DNA of 64,000 nt from Azolla caroliniana (Eukaryota > Plantae > Polypodiophyta). Every line of letters begins with the position of its first letter. Within the stretch, counting starts at the first letter, position 1. The position numbers were made by a program, and so were the translations under genes. The notes beneath the pieces were generated by a model. The model ran no database searches. It saw only the letters and a list, made by a program, of their open reading frames with translations, and was not told where the DNA came from. Of the stretch, positions 39,534 through 50,954 are shown piece by piece. Location of the stretch: the NCBI GenBank assembly GCA_043228905.1, contig JBHGNT010000006.1, forward strand, positions 8,742,001 to 8,806,000, in the 5' to 3' direction.

Positions 39534-42500
39534 ATGTCTTCAAAGAAAATCGAGCGCCAGGACTCTAGGTAAGCCTCAAACACTGTGAACATTTTTGTAA
39601 ATATGTTTTAGCACTCAGGAACTCGATATGCCGTATCGAGTTCTTGTATAAACATGAACATAATATAGGAACTTGATACGCCGTATTGAGTTCTTGTATT
39701 ATGTTCATGTTTATATAGGAAGTCGATACGACGTATCGAGTTCTTGTACACAGTTTGTGTTTTCCTGTATATAGTATTTGTTTTAAACAGGAACTCGATA
39801 CGCCGTATCGAGTTCCTGTATTATGTACATCTTTTATAGAGGAACTCGATACGGCGTATCGAGCTCTTGTATTATGTTTGTGTTTTATACAGGGACTCGA
39901 TACGGCGTATCGAGTTCCTGTTTAAAGTTTACGTTTTTTACAGGAACTCGATACGCTGTATCGAATTCCTGTGTGAAGTATGTGTTTGATACATGAACTC
40001 GATACCCTGCATCGAGTTCATGTATAGACACAAACTATATACAGGAACACGATACGACGTATCGAGTTCTTGTATAAAACACACAATTTAAAGAGGAATA
40101 TTGTGTCGTTAGGGCAACAATTTAGTATTGTGTGAAAAGATAACAAACTTTCTGTCAAAATCAGACTTTCTTTATGGAGATTTGCCATATTTTGTAACAA
40201 ATAGGGGCCTTAATTATAGAGGTTTTATGACCTAGTATAGCTTAAAATAGTAGAAAATAACCCACAAATTACCTTTACAATACCAAATTCAAGTCTATCA
40301 TATGCAAATTCTCTAGAATATGGATATGGAATCAATATAAGCCATAGCTACCCTTCAAGATAATATATATCCTTGTATACTTATTAAGATATATATTTTC
40401 TAAGTTGAATAGCCCTTACTAGAATGGATTTCTGAATAAAGGACTACCATGTTCACTCAATGCATGATTGATATTTATAGTTTACCACAAATCACCTGCT
40501 AGTTTTTGTCTTCCTCTAATTATGTGTATTTTAATATACAACCTTAATCTATGTGACCACCTAACATATGTTTTCGCATGTCCTTTCTTAAATAGGTCGT
40601 TTGAGAACTTGTCAGACCGACCTTTGAAGAAGATAAAGCTCTACATACAGGGCTCTCCAATTGAAAGCCAGAGCCTAATAGCTCTCGAGAACATTAAGAG
40701 AGGAAAAAATCTTCTCTTCAACGAGGAGACAAAATCTCAACTACCCAATGAGGTCAGCCAAAAGAAACTATTAGCAGCTACCGGTGGTGAAGACCTTCCT
40801 AACCGTGATGTAACGAACAAGGAATGGTGTATGCAATACGTTGACTCCAAGAAAAAAGTCGTGTTGTATACAACAAAGAAGAAGGGCGAGGGGCAGCTTG
40901 AAAATGAAACCCCATTTATGTATGGCCGTATTCTACGATTTGACTACGAAGATTCAGATTCGGCCAACATACTTGTAATGATAGAGTGCTCTAAGGGGGT
41001 ACGTAAAGTGTTCCTTTCTGAAGATCTTCTAGTAAAGGAATCTTGTGGGCCATAAGCTTTCAAAAAAGATTTAGAAAGCTCACAAAACCTTATTGTTACC
41101 TTGAGGCCTTATATACAAGGCCATGTAACTCTAAGGGAGCCATTGCCCTCCCCAGTAAAGGCCCCGAAAAGGGCATCTAAAGTACAATCAAGACCACCAA
41201 AAAAGAAGACCACTAAAATGTTGGACTCCGACTCATCAAGCTCAAATGAAGATGAGGACACTAAGGGGACACCAGGAGCTGAACTGGCATCGGGTGTGTT
41301 GTCATCCGAGCAGAATAAGATACGGAGAGAGTTAATGCAACGTAAACTGGTTAGGAAAGGGAAAGTGTTTAATTTTCCTATAACACACAACCATCGGCCC
41401 CCTATTGATGAAAAACAGGACAAAGACCACTTGAGATTAGAGAGCCACACCGAATGCATGTTCAAAATCTCAAGAAAAAAATGAAAATTAATCCACATGC
41501 TATCGTTGTGCCTTTTATTGTTATGGTGGATCCTGAAGAATGTGAAATCATTGAAGATTTTGATATAAGAAAGAATGATCAATATAATTACTTTGTCATT
41601 GGTGGATCGCATTCGACGGAGGCACGTCGGCAACTTGTGAGAGAACATCCAACGACTTTCTTCTTCAAGTATACTAAGTGCAAAATTTACATGGGTCTCA
41701 CAACTAAAGAGGCAAAGCTGTTGGCATGGGACTGCAATAACGATAATGACTATAGGCAGAAAATGTAATCGATTGAGCGTATAAGGTTCTTCCACCACGA
41801 GTATTTGGACGTCAAACAAAAGTTTGGTGTGAAGCTACATCCAGGCCTACAACGCCAATGCTTGCATGAAGTCAGCATTGTGGTAGATGATAATGTTAAG
41901 TTTGATGGTCTTCGAAACTATGAGTCTTGGTTTCAATTGGCCTTTAGAGATGGAGAAGTATGGGACCTACAAGATCAAATCTTCTCAATGTGGGAGAATA
42001 AGGAGGTCAAGGGTCAACGACAAAAGAAACGTAAGGTAGACCCTCAACTAGAATTAAAGTCACAAGCGGCCAAGAAAATTGATTTGACAATTGAAGAAGC
42101 GGTTGACGACATGAAGTTGTCTCTGTGGAGAGCGATGCAGGTGTTAAGGACGAGCAACTTCTTGTGTCTGTTTTGTCAAGGGTTGTGGCCAAAGATTTAA
42201 GCCTTGAAGAAATGGTCACTGAGTTCAATAAGTAAGTCTTTCAAATAGTGATATTGAAGTCAATATGGTGCAATTGAAAGTTCTAATCTCGTTTTCTAAT
42301 TTCACAGTCATAAGGTGTACATGAAGATCCAAGAAGTTATGATGAAACAACTTGGATGTATAACTTGGGAACAAGTGACTGAGGATTATCCTCTAATGTC
42401 TTCATATAAGGCGTTATCGGAGTATTTTATTGCATTCAAGGATTGGGTTAGTATTGGTGGTTTTTCATTAAGCTTTCATCATATGTAGAGCTTGTATAAT

Positions 42501-43820
42501 AAAACTTGATGTCTTATTGCTTCTATTAGAAACCGTGTCGTGGCAAGAAACAAGGAGAAGTTAAGGATATACACGATTTCCCAACATCCTTCCTTGCACA
42601 TCTCGAGAGAGCCAGAAAAGAAAAGGATCGTCGCTTAGTCAAGGCGTACGAAATGGAGGAAGATGGCTCCTTCAAAAAATTTAGCCACAAAAAAGATATT
42701 ACGAGATATCTTTACTACAATGTGGTTTGCGGCGATGTCGTTGACATGATCCAAAAAGTGCCAAAGAAGGAATATACGCTAATGATTGCGGATATTCCTT
42801 ATGGATTTCGAATGGTTGGGTCATCATACGACGATGAACCGTTTAGGTTTAAACAGTTGGAAAGATGGTCAAGGATTTTGTTGAGCTAACGACTGCATCC
42901 TTGTGGAGAATAGTTGTCTTTCATAGTATGGACCAAAGGTACTCGGTAGCTCAAGCTTTGAGATCTCATTGCCATGGCATCAAGAACCTTGCATAGTAAG
43001 GATTATTTATAGGTCTCATTCACTATATTGCCTTTCTTAAGATTGTTCAATCTATTCTTAACTCGATGTAATATTTGTTATAGGATAAAAACCAATGTAA
43101 ATAGAGGGCCAACCTTTCGGTTCGTTAGTGCCATTGAATACATCACGGTTGGCTACTTCGATGAAATTAAGAAACAAAGAATCAAGGAGCATTCTAATGA
43201 AGTGGGAGGTTCAAATCTGCTGGTATATCTAGCAGTGACACGGAAATTGCGACATGTCACCACGACAGAACGGGGACTTGTCAACCCATACCAAAAACCT
43301 CAACGACTTATGATGCGCTTGATTGAGATGTTTTCTGTCGAAGGAGACTGGATATTAGATCTCTTTTCTGGCACAGGTATTCCTCGAACTAGGGTAACGA
43401 TCTTGAGATAACCAATACTGAACCTTTTTTGTTTGAGAACTAATTCTTCTTATTACTTTCTTCACAAGAACGACGTCTGCACGTGCATTGAAGCTCTTTA
43501 GAAACACAGTTGCATTGGAGAAGGACGAGGAGCAGGTTATATTTATAAACATGAAGATTAAGGCTTTGTGGGAGTGCCTAGACCAGGACGAGGAGGTCCG
43601 TGCAAAGAACCTCGCTGATATAGAAAGGTTTCAACCTGCTTCGCGAGAGCCTATTCCGCCGTTAGCCGGGGAACCGGGGGAGCTAATAGAGCTTGATGAT
43701 GAGCTTATAGAAGATATTTTGTTGGCTCGGCTAACAGGGGAAGCCAATGCACGTATAGCCGAAGAGATTTCTATACAGGATGATGAAGAAAATGATGTTG
43801 ATGATTTCATTGCTATGTAA
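39534..43820 (+). pseudogene. Six-exon gene: N-terminal region + ParB/Srx-like domain + beta-class N6-adenine/N4-cytosine DNA methyltransferase + acidic tail. Introns 39569-40595, 42232-42307, 42447-42529, 42996-43083, 43377-~43467
   Basis: Exon 1 (MSSKKIERQDSR) splices in frame to SFENLSDRP. ParB-like VPFIVMVD..YFVIGGSHSTEARRQL..LTTKEAKLLAWDCN. MTase: CGDVVDMI..LMIADIPYG (motif IV, 42791), WIKTN..AIEYITVG, NPYQKPQRLMMRLIEMFS.EGDWILDLFSGTG|TTS..ALKLFRNTVALEKD. Stops at 41053 and 41766, frameshifts ~41420, ~42140 and ~42860. Confidence 0.85.
39613..40075. repeat. Array of nine 25-bp palindromes GAACTCGATACG-N-CGTATCGAGTTC at ~50-51-bp period, within intron 1
   Basis: Copies start at 39619, 39669, 39719, 39791, 39842, 39893, 39944, 39995 and 40045. 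The arms extend to TACAG..CTGTA. AT-rich linkers are related to each other and occur in both orientations. Confidence 0.95.
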
Positions 43821-44071
43821 TAGACTCTTTTAAAAACACGAAATGTATTGTTTGGATTTCACATTATTAATACAAATTTTGGGTTTTACTTGGTGGATTC
43901 TATTCTTTATTATCTTCTATATGTTTCAATTTTATTTTTATATACTTGGTTAGTAGACTTATGACATTGGTTTCACCGCGTGCATTGCTGACTACCAAAT
44001 TTATGGAGAAACATGAATTAGTTTAAATTGAGGTTGATTTTGGTCAAAGTTTACCTTAACATAACATGGTC

Positions 44072-44549
44072 GTAGAATTGTTGCCATGATTCTCCATGTT
44101 GTTATTATGGATCTTTGTCTTCTATTGTTAAAACTATTATGTATTATGTAGAATTGTTGCCATGATTCTCCATGTTGTTATTATGGATCTTTGTCTTCTA
44201 TTGTTTCTCTTCCATTGCTGCTTAGATTGTGTAGTGTGTTGATAATGGTTCCACTAGCGTTATCGTTCGGAGTTTGATCCCGTGTGAATCACCTAAGCAA
44301 TAGATTACATCAATTTTAAATACAAGTATGAAAGCCTTAATAGGTTTGTTATTTCCACCACATTATCCTAAAGTTCACTGTCTTACATTGTCCACAATTA
44401 TATACATATGGTTTGATCCCATACGAACAAACTGAGAAATAGATTAGATCAACTTTAAATACAAGTATTAAATACTTTAATAAGTTAGTTATTCCAATCA
44501 CATTATCCTAAAGTGCACTATCCGACATTGTCCACAATTATATACATAC
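44072..44549. repeat. Two subterminal direct duplications (~77-bp and ~140-bp periods) inside the transposon
   Basis: GTAGAATTGTTGCCATGATTCTCCATGTTGTTATTATGGATC occurs twice. GTTTGATCCC...ACATTGTCCACAATTATATACATA occurs twice. Confidence 0.85.
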
Positions 44550-44891
44550 AAGTATGGGTCAAAGTATAAATTATAACTCATTTTATTAGTATGGTTACAA
44601 GTACACCTCATATTTTTGTAACACTTACCAAATTAATATAAGTCTTTAACTTAGTGTTTCCCATGTCGCACATTAGTGACATATTGAGCCATTGTTGAAC
44701 TTTATTATGCCTACATTAACTTATCAACACGTCCAAACTTGCATGATTTCTAATGATCTCCACTCGTAGACCTATCATGTATTTTTATATTTGCAAATTC
44801 TAATCAAGTTGTGGAGCATGCGATACTAGTGCATCCAATTTTTGTAGAGAGGGTATATTTGGATAGTTTCAAGAAGATACTACTAAGTGGA

Positions 44892-44927
44892 ATGCGCAAT
44901 CCTTCCACTTGTGAACGCGAACGTGTT
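44892..44927 (-). repeat. Right terminal inverted repeat
   Basis: ATGCGCAATCCTTCCACTTGTGAACGCGAACGTGTT, followed by the TSD CTAA. Confidence 0.9.
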
Positions 44928-45718
44928 CTAATGTGTACATCAACTTAGACAAACAATCACCAAAACTGTATGAGACATCAACTGATTTATAAATGACCAA
45001 TTCACATTATGATAGGCCTTCTCAATATCCAATTGTAACAACGCTAATTCTTGTTTAGACTCATTTGCATAGTCAATTTTAATGAACCCATATTATGTAA
45101 TGAGCATAATGTTATCTAAAATAATATGTTTGGCTAAGAACCTATATTGAGCATAGTGAATAATAGAAGGTAAAACCTTATGCAACTTATTCTCTTTCTT
45201 TTTTCGTAAATCTATGTTTGTTATTAAAACAATATGATAATGTAACAACCCTTGCTATCTTCGGACCTACTTCGTTAGGAATGATACAATAAGGGAAACC
45301 CTCTCAAGCGTTGTAATACTAGATGACATAACTCTACCTCATCTTGGGACAACGTCCCCATTCAACATAGTTACGAAAATTGCTAAATCAATTTCCCTTT
45401 CATCCTATGGAATTGTTGTGTTACCCCATGAAATCCATCAAACAAGAACCCATTTCTCATGGTCCAATTAAACATCCCCCAATACCTAAGGTAGTCAAAC
45501 ACAACCTTATATGATGGTGCGGGTATAGCTTTAACCTCATCAATAAAAACCCACTTAAAAGGTGGCAAAATACTTCATGTTATTAATACCCAAATTTGTG
45601 ATATAACTACCCCAAATGGTTTTAATAACCAGACATGTCATGAACCTATGCTTGGCATAAATGAACATGTGGGTCAAATAAAGGCAATGTGAATGGATGG
45701 ATTGGATAGTCAATTTAT

Positions 45719-45778
<60 letters not shown>

Positions 45779-46518
45779 AAAAGCACACAATTATATCAAT
45801 TGTATGTAAAATCGACTTAGTTACAACACTTCTTAGTCTCCTCTACCTATCATATGCCTATGTAGGGAGAGGGACGTTTTGTAATGCTACTAAAAAACCT
45901 GAATATACATTTGAGGAAATGATCCCCACATGCTCTAACATCCAAAAATTCCACATGAGAATACCTTTAAGCTTCTTTACATAGGCTTTCACCCCATGTC
46001 TATTATCAAACATGAAAGCATTACGCATATTCCAATTGTGTTGTAGACCCCAATAACGTAAAAATTGGAACAATATCTCCATCTCATCATTTGATCCATT
46101 TTGAACATATTGAGAAAAAACCCATTGTTGAGGACACAAACGACAATGGGTTAAAACTTGCCAAATGTCCAATAAGTACTTCCAAATGGTACACGCTATA
46201 GGACATTTAATGAACCTATGTGTACTATCCTCCAATGGAACAGTGCAAAAGAAACAAGTGCCAGACCCTAGTCCTCGTATCTTTAAGGTCGAACCTAATG
46301 GGAGCCCACCAATCATGACACTCCATATGAATAGCTTTGCACGAAATGGTAGATTGGAATGCCAACCACGTTGTAATATTTTCCACCACCTTGCATCTGA
46401 CTTATATACATTCCACAACTTCGTTGCTTTAGAAGATAACCAAGATAATGATGTCATCGCATGATGATACAATATATTTGTAGTGACCTGTAACAAGCGT
46501 GTACCATCTTGTAACCAC

Positions 46519-46946
46519 TATCATGATATGGCAAAACTCCAACCCATGACCTTAGGTTACATAGGTCGAGCTCTTGACCATTATACCATCTATTGTAATA
46601 TGTATGATATTATTTTCATTTAAGTTTTATTATAGAAAATTGATGTATATTCCAGATTTCTCTAGAACATTCTAGAAACTTCAAGAGTACTCCTGAGAAT
46701 ATTATAAAAGTAGGCACAAGGTATTATTTCGAACCAAATCGGTTCAATGCCAGTCTTAAGCCTCTTAGCTACTATTGTATACTCTCTTCACATAATATAT
46801 ATCTTTTATCATCATTCACCCTTTCTCTCTCTCTATCTTTATCTCTCACTCACTCTTTCCTTCTCTCGAGAGTTCTACACCTCTCTTAGTACTAATCGTC
46901 ATCTTTTAGTACTAATTCCTTCTTTGTCTTAGTACTAATCCTGACA
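46519..46946 (+). mobile_element. Solo Gypsy LTR (same family as 256-700)
   Basis: TATCA(mutated TGTCA)...TGACA ends with TSD ACCAC/ACCGC. Colinear with 256-700. Confidence 0.9.
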
Positions 46947-48625
46947 ACCGCCAATATACCCAAGGTGCAAAATTGGTTTTCAATGGCAAAGATCCTTGCA
47001 ACAATGGTATATCTTGTAATTTCTCCCAAATAAATCCATAATTTGGGGGAATACATAACCATCTCTTGGCATCTTCAAAATCCGACAACCTTTGAGATTC
47101 ATTATCAACCACATCTTCCAAATGTACAATCCCCAATCTAAATAAACGATTGAATTGAGATCTCAACTTCTCTTTTCCATGCCAAAACAACACTCAAGAA
47201 GAAACAAGCAATTCGTTTTGTAATAAATTACAATATTCTCGATCACTTGATGGTGCCCATTCAAAAAGAGATAATGCATCTTGCCACGATCTTACCAAAT
47301 GTTGTCCACATACAGAATGTCGAATCTTTAGAGGAATATTTCCATTCAATAGTGACCACCATGATGCTTGAATCTTTGTTTTCCCATGCACCAATCCTTC
47401 ATGATCAATAAAATATTGCATCATAGATATCCATGGTTGATCTTGTTGACATATATCTCGTAAGAATGTAAATCTACGAGCCATCAAATGCCTTTCCAAA
47501 TCCAATATTGTTGCACCACCTAACCTTTTAGGAGTAGCCGAATGGTCCCATGAAATCCATGTAACTCCCATCATTTCTCCCTTCCGCCACAACATGAACC
47601 GAATAGGTTGTAACATGCTTTGTAATGCCTTCTTAGTCCAAGGAAGTAAAGGCAAAAAATATAATAACATGGGTATCAAGATACATTGCACCACTTTGAG
47701 TCGTACATGAAAGGGCCATAATTGAGACTTCTAATACATAAATTTGTCCCTCAATTTACTACCAATCCAATCAATCAATTGAACATTTGTAACATCAATG
47801 CCCAATGGATAACCCAAATGTCGATAAATTGAACCTCGTGTAATCACTGACCCTCGCCATCCCAAACATTCTAAATCACTCTCCGTACAAGAAATAAGGC
47901 GAGACTTCCTCCAATTTATATATAACCCTGAAGCCAAAGCAAATTGATCCCAAACTTGCATACTCCTTTTAAAATTATCTTTTGAGGTTTGTAAAAACAT
48001 AAAAGAATCATCTGCCAATGCTTGTGCCACCAATTGTCCACCAGAAGGAAGATGCAAACCCACAATATCACCACTGGCCGCAAGATTTGACAACATGACT
48101 AACAAAGGATGTGTAACAATAGAAAATAACAATGGGCTTAGTGGACATCCTTGCCACACGGATCTAGTTAGAAACACTTTCGGAGTGACTCCGCCATTAA
48201 GCATCACACGAGAGGTTGCATTTTGCCCTAGCAAAATGATAAGTCGTCACATACGAGGACCAAACCCCATATTATACATCACACCTGAGAGGAAAGACCA
48301 ATTAACATGATCATATGCTTTGTCGAAATCTAATTGCACCATAACCATTTCTTGATGTGTATGTCGAGCATAATCGATCGCCATTTGAACATTCAAAACA
48401 TTATGCAATATATTTCTACCTGTAATAAAACCATATTGAGATGGATGAATAAGTTGAGGTAAGAACTTCTTAAGTCTGTTGGATAATATCTTTGCAAACA
48501 CTTTGTACAACCCTCCCATCAAGGAAATAGGCCTCCATTGATGAAATGACTTCGGAGATGGTACCTTTGGTATCAATTTGATTAAGCCCACCTTCCAGCT
48601 CTCAAGCATGAAACCAGAATCCCAA

Positions 48626-48868
48626 CATTGTTGAAACATTTGTGTGAAATGGACTCTTAAGCATGCTAGCATACTTCTTAATAACTTCATTTGTAACACC
48701 GTCCCAACCAAGGCATTTACCATTTGGAAGCTGTAACAATACCTTTTCCACATTGTTGAAACATTTGTGTGAATGGACTCTTAAGCATGCTAGCATACTT
48801 CTTAAGAACTTCATTTGTAACACCGTCCCAGCCAGGGCATTTACCATTTGGAAGGTGTAACAATACCT
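48626..48868. repeat. ~124-bp tandem duplication in the LINE RT-proximal region
   Basis: CATTGTTGAAACATTTGTGTGAA...TGTAACAATACCT occurs twice. Confidence 0.85.
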
Positions 48869-50078
48869 TGTAAAAGATTGCTTGCGGAAGCGTTAGAAAG
48901 AACAATACACAAAGAGAGAGAGAGAGAGAGTACGCGGGAGAGAGAGAGAGAGAGAGAGAGAGAGCAAGACACACTATTTTCCAAAATTATATGAATACTC
49001 TGTGCTCTGTATCTACAACGCGTTCATCAGCGCTATTTATACAAGTCCACATGGGATTGTTAGAAGTACGGTGTACTTCAATGCTCACACGAGCATCTGA
49101 CACTAACTACGAGACTATAACTGCCTAGTAGTCTAACCTATACTAGGCTTCCGGTTACGGATTGGATCCGGCATACCGGCTCCCCAGCTCACCGGTCCTT
49201 ACTGCTTACCGGCTCGGTTGCTCATTGGCATACTGATTCATCTCGCTTACCGGCTCAGGCTTATTCAGCCAATCCGGCTCCGGTTGAGCTTGCCACTCAA
49301 CACTCCCCCTCAAGCTCAACCTGAGGTCGGGTCGTAGTGTCAACCTCTGTGGCAGCCGGTTCTTCCAACCGACTTCTCTTGGCGTCGCTTCGCCTTGCTC
49401 GCGCTCCTTGTCCGGTCCGGTCCCGTTGCCGCGACCCCTTTGGTTTTGCGCGCTTCGACCTTCGGCATGTCTGCTCAATAGGCCCATCTCAGCTCCTTCA
49501 CTGCTATGACTCCGGCGCTTGCCGATCCGTCGGTTCCACCGCGATAGCATCGACTTCCGTTGTGTCCGTGTCTCCTTGGCCTCTCGTTGATCCGACTCAT
49601 CCGGATCCGTCTGTTGATCCGAATCGGCTGTCTCCGACTCGTTCCAGCTCTTGTCTGAATCGGTATCCTCCGATTCGATTTTCGGCTTCAGGCCTCTCAC
49701 CACATCGGACCACGTTTGGGTCTTGGCCTTCTCCGTGCTTCCCTTGGCTTCTTCAGCCAGTTCACCGAAGTCGAATTCTTCATTCGACTCCGCATCATGG
49801 CCATTACGATCGTGATGACCTCCGCATAGCATGCACTTCTCTTCCTGAGTGTACACTTCTTCTTCACAGCCGCTCACTCCAACCTGTTCGGATGTGCTGA
49901 CTTCCTTCGTCGACTCGGCTTCATTTTTCTTCTTGTCTCCAACTCTACCAGTTCTTCTCTTACCTACGGGTTCAACAGTTTTTTTTTCTTTGCCCGTTTC
50001 GGTAGTGTCTTTGCCCTTGCGTCTCCCCCTCAAGTGCGGCACGTCGAGATGCTGAACACCAAGCATTTCGGTAAAGTG

Positions 50079-50954
50079 TGTTGGGAGACAGGTCCCTCCG
50101 AATGGGAAGGGAGAAGAACAGTGCCGACGAACAAACTCGGCCAAGGCCGATAGGTATGAGGAGTACCCGGCTACGGAGAGCCGGATGATACAGACCCGGT
50201 GAAGACCGGATGAGGAGTACCCGGCTACGGAGAGCCGGATGATACAGACCCGGTGAAGACCGGATGAGGAGTACCCGGCTACGGAGAGCCGGATGGTGCA
50301 GGCCCGGTGAGAACCGGATGAGGAGTACCCGGCTACGGAGAGCCGGATGGTGCAGGCCCGGTGAGAACCGGATGAGGAGTACCCGGCTACGGAGAGCCGG
50401 ATGGTGCAGGCCCGGTGAGAACCAGATGAGGAGTACCCAGCTACGGAGAGCCGGATGACGCAGACCCGGTGAGAATCGGAGGAAGAGACATATTTGTAAA
50501 TATGTTTTTGAGAGCCCATCGAGGCTACATTTGTAAATAGCCAAAAAGTCCTATTAGTATAAATATGACTTAGGGCAAACTTTTTTTGTGGTTGTCATTG
50601 TTGTCATTTTCTTGTTGGTGCAAGAAGAAGAGAGAGTGCGTAACTGTACAGAGAGAGAGAGAGAGAGAACGAGGTCGTTGCCTCTGTTGTAACCGCCGCC
50701 TGTGGCGAAGATCGTGAGCACGAGGTCGTTGCCTCCGTGAACTCACTGTTTGTACATTCTTACATAGTGACAGTTTGCAGCCTGTGGGCTGCTGTGGTTT
50801 TTTCCCCTAGTTTGGGGTTTTCCACGTAAACCTCCTGTGTATTGTGTGTATCCTCTCTCACTTCGTGTCGTGCATTTGTTTCCCGTTTTCTGCGTATGAA
50901 AAGAAGCTTGGTTGTGGCCGAGCGTCAGACATAAGGAGCGTTGAGTTCCCGTCA
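50079..50954 (+). mobile_element. Solo LTR inserted in the Copia RNase H end, containing a 54-bp minisatellite (~6 copies, 50155-50480)
   Basis: TGTTGGGA...TCCCGTCA ends with TSD AAGTG. The host frame KLQHF|TEMLGVQH rejoins across it. TATA box ~50558. Confidence 0.9.

Larger units (their letters stand above)
35585..44927. mobile_element. 9.3-kb TIR DNA transposon (Sola-like DDD transposase plus ParB-like/DNA amino-methyltransferase gene)
   Basis: TIRs 35585-35620 and 44892-44927 (AACACGTYCGCGTTCACAAGTGGAAGGAT...GCAT, 4 mismatches in 36). CTAA on both sides (35581-35584 and 44928-44931). The flanks rejoin as a LINE RT (LQLDIEKAY.NVNWSF... | LGESSVSHMMFNGGITQPI). Confidence 0.9.

Noticed and set aside
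39613-40075. CRISPR array (palindromic 25-bp repeats with ~26-bp spacers)
   Set aside because: The spacers are related to each other (some inverted) rather than unique. There are no cas genes, and the array lies in a spliceosomal intron of a plant transposon.
41109-41819. 236-aa antisense ORF within the ParB-MTase gene
   Set aside because: It has no motifs, and the plus strand carries the conserved domain pattern.
39534-43820. Bacterial contamination or a restriction-modification operon
   Set aside because: The gene has spliceosomal introns and a TATA box and lies inside TIRs inserted in a plant LINE. No restriction endonuclease partner is recognisable.
49206-50544. 437-aa and 190-aa ORFs with 18-aa repeats as novel repeat proteins
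   Set aside because: The repeat part is the 54-bp minisatellite of an inserted solo LTR read antisense, fused by chance to the Copia 3' region.
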